Source of the DNA: a virus
Taxonomy: Duplodnaviria > Heunggongvirae > Uroviricota > Caudoviricetes
DNA: 14,011 bases
Reading direction: 5' to 3' (one strand)
IMG/VR virus record: IMGVR_UViG_2855308460_000004
Positions 7,743 through 14,011 of this stretch are shown piece after piece. Numbering within the stretch: position 1 is the first letter of the stretch; every line of letters starts with the position of its first letter. The position numbers were made by a program, and so were the translations under genes. The notes beneath the pieces were generated by a model. It searched no databases and was not told where the DNA came from. It saw only the letters and a list, made by a program, of their open reading frames with translations.

Positions 7743-8245
7743 TTATAAGTGGATTTGCCGGGATAGGGAAGACTTATCTCGGCAATAAATATAAGGATAT
7801 CATAGATTTGGAATCCTCTGACTATAAATGGGTTTATTCAGATGAATTAAATGGTATGGATAGGGAAAAACGGAAAGGCTTAACAGAGCGCCTCTTTAAT
7901 CCTGAATGGCCAGAAAACTATATTAATGCGATTCTGGAAACAAAGAAAAAATATAAAATTGTATTGATATCGCAGAGTATTGAGATTTTGGCAGAATTAC
8001 GATTAAGAAAAATACCATTCATTGTTGTAATACCGGATATAAACTTAAAAGAAGAATATATTGCAAGATGTAGGAAACGAGGAAATAACGAAGTCTTTAT
8101 AGGATTTATTTCTGATTATTACGAATACTTTATCAATAAACTGATGAGTAAGGATGATCCAAAAGTTATCTTAAAGTCAGGTGAATATCTAGAAGATGTT
8201 CTAATCAAGGAAGGATATTATAAGGAGAGAGAAGATGGATTATAA
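7739..8245 (+). CDS. Uncharacterised P-loop NTPase, probable small-molecule/NMP kinase fold
   Basis: Walker A GFAGIGKT (7751-7774), IDLESSDY, lid-like EYIARCRKRGN; 4-nt ATGA overlap with pncB and 11-nt overlap with nadE. Confidence 0.85.
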   Translation: MIISGFAGIGKTYLGNKYKDIIDLESSDYKWVYSDELNGMDREKRKGLTERLFNPEWPENYINAILETKKKYKIVLISQSIEILAELRLRKIPFIVVIPDINLKEEYIARCRKRGNNEVFIGFISDYYEYFINKLMSKDDPKVILKSGEYLEDVLIKEGYYKEREDGL

Positions 8246-10181
8246 TAAATATTTCATAAGGGCAGCTGTGGCAACACCTAAGATAAAAGTTGCGGATACA
8301 GAATTTAATTCTGAGGCAATTGTAAATTTAATTCTGGAAGCAGAAAAAAATCAGGTTAAAATATTAGTACTGCCTGAACTATGTGTGACAGGATATACAT
8401 GCCAGGATTTATTTCTTCAGAAGACATTGCTAACTGAAGCATATAAATCAGTGAACCATATAATGACAAAAACATCGAAGTGTAATTGTCTTGCTGTTAT
8501 TGGATTCCCATATGAACATAATGGAAAACTTTATAATGTTGCCGGACTTTTAAAAAATGGAAAAATGCTCGCAATTGTCCCTAAGGTTTATCTACCGAAC
8601 TATCAGGAGTTTTATGAAGCCAGGCATTTTGCAAAAGGGAAAACAAAAGTAGAATATGTAGATTGGGTCAACCCACATGAAACTTATCCATATGAAGTAC
8701 CATTTGGCACAAATATTCTATTAAGAAACAAAGTGATGGATGTTATAATCGGAACGGAAATTTGTGAGGATTTATGGGTGCCGGATCCAATAAGTACGAA
8801 ACATGCATTAGCAGGTGCCAATATTATTGTTAATCCATCTGCATCAAATGAAATTATAGGGAAAAGAGCTTATCGAAAACAGTTAGTCGAGACCCAGTCT
8901 GCAAGGCTTATTGCAGCATACATATATGCAAGTGCAGGAGAGGGTGAATCTACTCAGGATTTAGTCTTTAGCGGCCATAATTTGATTGCAGAAAATGGAA
9001 CAATATTAGGAGAGCGGAAGTATGAAACAGGAAAATTGTTAATCAGAGATATTGACATTGAAAAACTGAATGCGGAGCGAAGAAGAACAACCACATATGA
9101 AACAGACAATCAGGACTATACAATAGTTGATTTTGAATATGAAAAAAAAGAAATTCAAAAAGTAAGTTTAAAAAGATTCATACCAGCTTCACCATTCGTG
9201 CCTTCAGATGAGCTTACAAGAATAGAAAGATGTAAGGAAATCATGCTACTGCAATCCTTAGGACTGAAAAAACGGATGGAACATATTGGTTGTAAAAAGA
9301 CAGTGATTGGAGTATCTGGAGGTCTTGATTCAACCTTGGCATTACTTATTATCAACAAGACATATGAAGCACTTGGACTTCCTAAAGATGGAATTCTGGC
9401 TGTCACGATGCCGTGTTATGGGACAACAAACCGTACATATGAAAATGCATGTGACTTGGCAAAAGAGATTGGCTGTACACTAATGGAAATCCCAATAAGG
9501 GAATCTGTAACACAGCATCTAAAAGATATCGGACACGATATGGAAAATCATGATGTGACATATGAAAATGCTCAGGCAAGAGAGCGGACACAGGTATTAA
9601 TGGATCTTGCTAACCAGGAAAATGCAATTGTTGTTGGAACAGGAGATTTGTCTGAACTGGCATTGGGATGGTGTACTTATAATGGAGACCACATGTCAAT
9701 GTATGCTGTCAATGCAGATGTTCCAAAAACCCTTGTCCGTTACCTGGTTGATTATTATGCACATGCTGAAAGCAGTGAAGCATTAAAAAAGACACTTTGC
9801 GATATCCTTGAGACTCCGGTATCGCCTGAATTGCTTCCTCCAGATAAAGGCGGGAAGATAATTCAAAAAACGGAAGAGAAGATTGGACCATATGAACTAC
9901 ATGACTTCTTTTTATATTACATGATGCGATATGGATTTGGTCCAGAGAAGACATTTATTTTAGCAAGAGAAGCATTCAGCGGAACATACACAGAAGAAAC
10001 AATACTTAAATGGATGAAAGTATTTTATAAAAGATTCTTCAGCCAGCAGTTTAAGCGTTCCTGCTTGCCGGATGGCCCGAAAATTGGTTCTGTCAGTCTG
10101 TCTCCACGAGGAGATTTAAGAATGCCAAGTGATGCAAGTGTTAACCTTTGGATGAAAGAGTTGGATGGAATAGTCTTATAA
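8235..10181 (+). CDS. nadE: Glutamine-dependent NAD+ synthetase
   Basis: Nitrilase-like N-domain with the Glu-Lys-Cys triad (LPEL, VPKVYLPNY, EICEDLW) and synthetase domain GVSGGLDST, YENAQARER, GTGDLSE, PVSPEL. Confidence 0.97.
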   Translation: MDYNKYFIRAAVATPKIKVADTEFNSEAIVNLILEAEKNQVKILVLPELCVTGYTCQDLFLQKTLLTEAYKSVNHIMTKTSKCNCLAVIGFPYEHNGKLYNVAGLLKNGKMLAIVPKVYLPNYQEFYEARHFAKGKTKVEYVDWVNPHETYPYEVPFGTNILLRNKVMDVIIGTEICEDLWVPDPISTKHALAGANIIVNPSASNEIIGKRAYRKQLVETQSARLIAAYIYASAGEGESTQDLVFSGHNLIAENGTILGERKYETGKLLIRDIDIEKLNAERRRTTTYETDNQDYTIVDFEYEKKEIQKVSLKRFIPASPFVPSDELTRIERCKEIMLLQSLGLKKRMEHIGCKKTVIGVSGGLDSTLALLIINKTYEALGLPKDGILAVTMPCYGTTNRTYENACDLAKEIGCTLMEIPIRESVTQHLKDIGHDMENHDVTYENAQARERTQVLMDLANQENAIVVGTGDLSELALGWCTYNGDHMSMYAVNADVPKTLVRYLVDYYAHAESSEALKKTLCDILETPVSPELLPPDKGGKIIQKTEEKIGPYELHDFFLYYMMRYGFGPEKTFILAREAFSGTYTEETILKWMKVFYKRFFSQQFKRSCLPDGPKIGSVSLSPRGDLRMPSDASVNLWMKELDGIVL

Positions 10182-10206
10182 AAAAGAGAGGAAATCCTCT
10201 CTTTTT
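10181..10206. terminator. Bidirectional intrinsic terminator between nadE and the Uma2 gene
   Basis: AAAAAGAGAGG-AAAT-CCTCTCTTTTT, a perfect 11-bp stem. Confidence 0.92.
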
Positions 10207-10755
10207 TTATATATTTTCAAAAATATCAGTAAGTTTGAGCTGTATATTAGGAAAAGATAGCATAGTGATTTCCAGGTCGGCATTGTAATCAGAATCGTGA
10301 GGATCATCAACCAATATAAAATAGTTAATAAGCTGATACATATCATTTTGTAAGTGATAGATTTCTATACTGCGTGAATTAACATCGATTATCCAATATT
10401 CCTCCACCTTCATTTTTTGATATAATTCTTTTTTTATGGTCTTATCTTTTAATGCAGTGGCCGGACTAAGAGTCTCAGCGATGAATTTAGGAATTCCAAG
10501 ATATTGTCCCTTTTGGATTTTTTTACGATCGCACACAACCATTACATCAGGTATGACATAATCGCTTTTTTCACGATCATATTTCCAATCTAAATTTTCA
10601 GCAAACACAAGACACAGGCTTCCTTTTAATGAGCTTGATATCAGTCTATATAAATTCAAATTAACAGTTCCATGTCTGTAATCGGCAGATGGAGACATAT
10701 CAAAGACTATTCCTTCGATAAATTCCTGCTTGCTATAATCATCTAATAATGGCAT
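10207..10755 (-). CDS. Uma2 family (DUF820) PD-(D/E)XK endonuclease-like protein
   Basis: EFIEG..FDMSP....HG, VIPDVMVVCD, PKFIAETLSP.T...D...K..LY....VEEYWIID; RBS GGAGGTG. Confidence 0.92.
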   Translation of the reverse strand: MPLLDDYSKQEFIEGIVFDMSPSADYRHGTVNLNLYRLISSSLKGSLCLVFAENLDWKYDREKSDYVIPDVMVVCDRKKIQKGQYLGIPKFIAETLSPATALKDKTIKKELYQKMKVEEYWIIDVNSRSIEIYHLQNDMYQLINYFILVDDPHDSDYNADLEITMLSFPNIQLKLTDIFENI

Positions 10756-10775
10756 AGTAACACCTCCCTACAATA

Positions 10776-10804
10776 AGTATACTCAAAAAACACAAGATTT
10801 ACAA
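10776..10804 (-). promoter_or_regulatory. sigmaA-type promoter of the Uma2 gene
   Basis: On the - strand: TTGTAA (10804-10799), 17 bp, TATACT (10781-10776). Confidence 0.65.
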
Positions 10805-10866
10805 CATAAAATAATTATACCAAAATGCAGACTTCTTTCATGATAAAAATATGGAAGGAGTTTTAT

Positions 10867-11382
10867 ATGAACTGGAAATTACACCTTACATTAGGCGCGG
10901 TCAGTGGAATTGCAGGAGGACTATGTCTTTTATCAAATCCTGCATGGGCTGCTGGATATACATTAACATGCACAATAAGCTCACTATTTAGTGATTTGGA
11001 TTCACCAATGTCAAAGCTCGGAAGAACCACGCCAATGATATCAAAATTTTGCAATAAAATGTTTGGACATCGCGGATTACTTCATACTCCTTGTTTCCTC
11101 TTTTTTAGCTGGCTATGTTATTTTAACTTAAGCAAGAACATTTATGAGAGTAATACTTTTTGGGTGATGTATGGATTTTCTGTCGGTTTTCTATGCCATA
11201 TGATACAAGACCTATTCACAAAAGGTGGCATCAAGATACTATATCCTTTTTCAAAAAAAAGATTCCACTTAACAAATTTTAAAAGTAAAAGTAAGATACA
11301 CAATGGTATAACGGTGCCATTGATTATTTTATCAGTTTATATTGTTCCCAAAATGACGATTTACATAATGAACTTTTTTTAA
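10867..11382 (+). CDS. YdjM/DUF457-family membrane-bound metal-dependent hydrolase
   Basis: H..LG, SDLDSP.SK.G, HRGLLHT, H..QD.FT.GG...LYP with hydrophobic segments. Start moved from 10825 to ATG 10867 because RBS GGAAGGAG sits at 10853-10860. Confidence 0.88.
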   Translation: MNWKLHLTLGAVSGIAGGLCLLSNPAWAAGYTLTCTISSLFSDLDSPMSKLGRTTPMISKFCNKMFGHRGLLHTPCFLFFSWLCYFNLSKNIYESNTFWVMYGFSVGFLCHMIQDLFTKGGIKILYPFSKKRFHLTNFKSKSKIHNGITVPLIILSVYIVPKMTIYIMNFF

Positions 11383-11420
11383 TTAATAAAATGCCATTAT
11401 AAAAATAAAAGGTGGTATTT

Positions 11421-12131
11421 ATGAAAAGTAAAAATTATGATTTAGAACATTTTAAACATGAACCTTACCAGAATTATCAAAACTATTTTTTTGATCTATT
11501 GGACCAGGAGGGTAGTGATATTGTTGATAAGTTGCTTGATGGCTTTTCAGAATTTACGGAGAAAGGAATTAATACATCGATGCAACACATTGAAAGACGA
11601 CATTTTGATATGACTGAAGAGGAAATGGTTGATAAATCTCTTTCTACAGGACAGCAACAAGGGATTTTTGCGACAGGCTATGATGAACCAATGGATAAAG
11701 AAACATTTAAAGATATGCTGTATAGTGCACTTTTTGAGTTGGGTGAGGAAATATCTAGACAATTTGTAGATTATGATAATCCATTTCGTAATGTATTTAC
11801 TTATGATGCTGGTTGTTGCGTTGGTTACGGAATTGATAAGAATTTTAATCTTGTAAAGACTAATTGTATAGAACTTGCACTTAAAGTAAGTGATGATCCA
11901 TTCTCAAAAACTGGATTCGAAATATCGACAACCTATCCATCTATGAATAAGACATCTACAATAATTAAAAGTAATGAAGCATTAAAAAAGGAATATAATA
12001 TAAGTGAAAGAAGAATTTCCTCATTCAAGGCAAAACAACAATTTCGCAAAAACATCAAAATGTCAAAGACTGAAGTGGCCGAAAATAGGGATGAAAAAAA
12101 TATGATATCTGATGCATTTAAAAATCGTTAG
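11421..12131 (+). CDS. Stand-alone bacterial RNase A-like domain protein (CdiA-CT-type toxin domain)
   Basis: HIERRH...T.EEM..K (11586 onward), F.YDAG..VGYG, and GFEISTTYP (TTYP at 11928-11939). ATG 11421 preferred over GTG 11412 (RBS AAGGTGG). Confidence 0.6.
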   Translation: MKSKNYDLEHFKHEPYQNYQNYFFDLLDQEGSDIVDKLLDGFSEFTEKGINTSMQHIERRHFDMTEEEMVDKSLSTGQQQGIFATGYDEPMDKETFKDMLYSALFELGEEISRQFVDYDNPFRNVFTYDAGCCVGYGIDKNFNLVKTNCIELALKVSDDPFSKTGFEISTTYPSMNKTSTIIKSNEALKKEYNISERRISSFKAKQQFRKNIKMSKTEVAENRDEKNMISDAFKNR

Positions 12132-12159
12132 TTTACATTTGAAAAAGATTGATTATAAT
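12132..12159 (+). promoter_or_regulatory. sigmaA-type promoter
   Basis: TTTACA (12132-12137), 16 bp, TATAAT (12154-12159). Confidence 0.65.
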
Positions 12160-12181
12160 AATAGAAAGAGGAGATAGACAT

Positions 12182-12553
12182 ATGCAAATAGAAATAAAAG
12201 ATAGTATTATTAATGAAATAGGATCACTTCCAGAAAAAGTAAATTTAACTCTGAATGATTTTCTTGTAATGGCAATTCAAAATCAAATTAAAATAGCCAA
12301 TATGGCATTTGAAAGAAATATTTACGAAGCATCTGAATTCCATGAATATCCAATATTGCCTCATGAAGCGGGCAGAATTATGAAAACATTAAAAGATAAG
12401 GATATTTGTGCAGAATTGATTATCAATCCTAAAGATAGAAAGGATGTAACAGTAAAAGCTAAAATAGAAAGTATAGATTTCGGATATATAAAAGAAATAT
12501 CAAAAAATCATATGTTAACAATTCCATATCCAAAAGAGATGGATTTTATATAA
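12182..12553 (+). CDS. Hypothetical protein with putative N-terminal ribbon-helix-helix domain
   Basis: ATG 12182 preferred over TTG 12149 (RBS GAGGAG, promoter upstream). MQIEIKDSIINEIGSLPEKVNLTLNDFLVMAIQNQI fits a strand-helix-turn-helix hydrophobic pattern. The CDS is well supported; the fold is a guess. Confidence 0.7.
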   Translation: MQIEIKDSIINEIGSLPEKVNLTLNDFLVMAIQNQIKIANMAFERNIYEASEFHEYPILPHEAGRIMKTLKDKDICAELIINPKDRKDVTVKAKIESIDFGYIKEISKNHMLTIPYPKEMDFI

Positions 12554-12574
12554 AAAAGGCTTGAAGCCTTTTTT
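12552..12574 (+). terminator. Intrinsic terminator
   Basis: AAAAAAGGC-TTGAA-GCCTTTTTT. Confidence 0.88.
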
Positions 12575-12636
12575 ATTTATCTATAAATTAGTTTCTCACT
12601 TCTAAGCGAAGCCAAAGTAATGAGAGGTCCAAACTT

Positions 12637-12663
12637 ATAGAATCTTCTTAAATGACATATTAT
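12637..12663 (+). promoter_or_regulatory. Putative promoter ATA-N16-CATATTAT
   Basis: ATA 12637-12639 and CATATTA 12656-12662, 37 nt upstream of ATG 12693. Confidence 0.4.
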
Positions 12664-12692
12664 TATTAATAATATAAAAGGAGAGAAAATAT

Positions 12693-13781
12693 ATGAAAAC
12701 TATTAAAATTATGATGACAACGATGTTATTAACAATGTTGTTCTGTATTACATCATTTGCGGATCAAAAGAAAATCACCTCTGTCTCTGTTTCTTTGTAT
12801 GAAACAAAAGCAGAAGCAGGAACTATCTATGAAGTAGAACCAAGGGTTAGTTCGAGCTCATATGAGCTGGTAGATTATACTGTATCTAAGGATTATAGTG
12901 AATGGAAACCCGGTTCGAAAGTGACATATGAATTAACCATAGAGCCAAAGGAAGGATATAAATTTGATACCTCAAAAATCAAAAAGATTAGTGTATCAAA
13001 TGGTGAAGCTGTAAGTAAAACGATTAAAAGCAGCAAGATAACCGTTAAAGTGAATTATGTTCCCAAAGTAACACTTGAGGATCCCACCAACTTGTATTTT
13101 GAAGATGAATATTTAGCAGAGTGGGACAAAGTAGAATATTGTAAGATGTACGAAGTACAGATTCTTAAGGAAAATGATAATGGTGACTATAAATCTTATA
13201 AAACCGTAAAAGTAACAAAGCCGGAAATTGATTTGTCTTCTTATGCAACCGATGAATATGATATCAGTTTTAAAGTAAGGGCAATTGCAAAGGATTCTGA
13301 CCAGTCCAAATATCTGAAATCATCCAATTGGGTAGATTTTAATAATTCCGTATCTGCAGATGATAATACAACATATGGGAATTTTTCTGGCAGTGGTGAA
13401 AACCTGGTATTCAAAGATTCAGAAGGTAAAGTATCTGGTTGGCAGCAGATCAATGGAAATTGGTACTACTTTGACCCGAACAATGGAAACAAAGCAGTTG
13501 TTTCTAATTGGGTGAATCAGAACGGACAGTGGTTTTATTGTAATGAATTTGGAATCATGTTAACTGGCTGGGTGCAGCTCAACGGGTACTGGTATTATCT
13601 AAATCCGATATCAGATGGCACAAGAGGAGCGGCTAAAACCGGATGGCTCTGTGCAGGGCCGAGTGGACCATGGTATTACTTCCAGGAAGGAGTAAATGGG
13701 CCATTACCAGAAGGCGCAATGTATGCTAACTGTAATACACCAGACGGTTTTTATGTAGACGCGAATGGAGAATGGAGATAG
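12693..13781 (+). CDS. Secreted cell-wall-binding repeat protein (Lachnospiraceae type) with beta-rich, FN3-like N-terminal domains
   Basis: Signal peptide ending TSFA/D; C-terminal repeats GWQQINGNWYYF, NWVNQNGQWFY, TGWVQLNGYWYYL, TGW...GPWYYF and terminal TPDGFYVDANGEW. No catalytic domain recognised. Confidence 0.9.
   Translation: MKTIKIMMTTMLLTMLFCITSFADQKKITSVSVSLYETKAEAGTIYEVEPRVSSSSYELVDYTVSKDYSEWKPGSKVTYELTIEPKEGYKFDTSKIKKISVSNGEAVSKTIKSSKITVKVNYVPKVTLEDPTNLYFEDEYLAEWDKVEYCKMYEVQILKENDNGDYKSYKTVKVTKPEIDLSSYATDEYDISFKVRAIAKDSDQSKYLKSSNWVDFNNSVSADDNTTYGNFSGSGENLVFKDSEGKVSGWQQINGNWYYFDPNNGNKAVVSNWVNQNGQWFYCNEFGIMLTGWVQLNGYWYYLNPISDGTRGAAKTGWLCAGPSGPWYYFQEGVNGPLPEGAMYANCNTPDGFYVDANGEWR
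13437..13778 (+). repeat. About four degenerate aromatic-rich cell-wall-binding protein repeats
   Basis: Repeated GW...NG.WYY pattern in the translation. Confidence 0.85.
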
Positions 13782-13784
13782 GTA

Positions 13785-13979
13785 ATGAGAACTTGGAAAG
13801 AAAACGTTCCTTCATGGCCAGATGTAGGACAAATTAAATGTGAAGAAGTAAAGACTACATATGAGGAAGATGAAGATTCGATAATTTTTCATAATCCAGA
13901 GTTAGGAAAAAAATATAAATTTGGTGGTGTATCTACCAGAAGAACAATTCAATTGTTTAATGATTTCTTTTTGAAATAA
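13785..13979 (+). CDS. Small hypothetical protein
   Basis: 64 aa ORF starting 3 nt after the previous stop with GGAG upstream; no recognisable motif. Confidence 0.55.
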   Translation: MRTWKENVPSWPDVGQIKCEEVKTTYEEDEDSIIFHNPELGKKYKFGGVSTRRTIQLFNDFFLK

Positions 13980-14011
13980 CAAAGATGGTTTATTTGATTG
14001 ATGAAAGCTGA

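Noticed and set aside
7739-8245. Calling the P-loop gene nadD or nadR
   Set aside because: No HIGH-type nucleotidyltransferase motif or HTH; only a Walker A kinase fold is supported.
12594-12625. Irregular stem-loop containing GCGAAGC (the stable DNA mini-hairpin), as a riboswitch or ssDNA signal
   Set aside because: Single occurrence, weak flanking pairing, lies upstream of the likely promoter, and matches no riboswitch consensus I recognise.
558-13453. Short alternative-frame or antisense ORFs (558-773, 1720-1914, 3647-3853, 5864-6061, 6687-6884, 6727-6939, 9155-9406, 9403-9591, 9709-9954, 10863-11054, 11547-11762, 13241-13453)
   Set aside because: All lie inside well-supported genes and show no recognisable motifs; shadow ORFs.
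13961-14011. Possible -1 frameshift extension of the 13785 ORF (..LFEITKMVYLIDES*) or an 8-aa ORF at 13985
   Set aside because: No homology or RBS support, and the window edge prevents assessment.
1-14011. CRISPR array, tRNA/rRNA, IS element or att site
   Set aside because: No regularly spaced repeats, cloverleaf-compatible segments, transposase or integrase motifs found by reading.

Overview
AT-rich (roughly one-third GC by eye) Firmicutes DNA whose proteins point to Lachnospiraceae (Lachnospiraceae-style SecA; Enterocloster/Hungatella/Lacrimispora-style cell-wall-binding-repeat protein with a TSFA signal-peptide ending). It reads as the cargo region of a large mobile or extrachromosomal element: short transcription units with their own promoter, RBS and terminator, plus decayed gene fragments. 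No replication, integration, transfer or virion hallmark gene is recognisable, so the element type is unresolved. Main contents: (i) an orphan, C-terminally shortened SecA paralogue; (ii) a nucleoside 2-deoxyribosyltransferase-like gene; (iii) an NAD+ salvage operon pncA-pncB-[uncharacterised P-loop kinase]-nadE with no nadD, the best candidate for an undescribed system; (iv) a Uma2 nuclease divergent from a YdjM-like hydrolase, a stand-alone RNase A-like toxin domain and a putative ribbon-helix-helix protein; (v) a secreted cell-wall-binding protein. Nine + strand units carry CATNNTA upstream of the start codon, while two genes have ordinary sigmaA promoters. Family assignments come from motif recognition, not database searches. 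No rRNA, tRNA, CRISPR array or transposase was seen.
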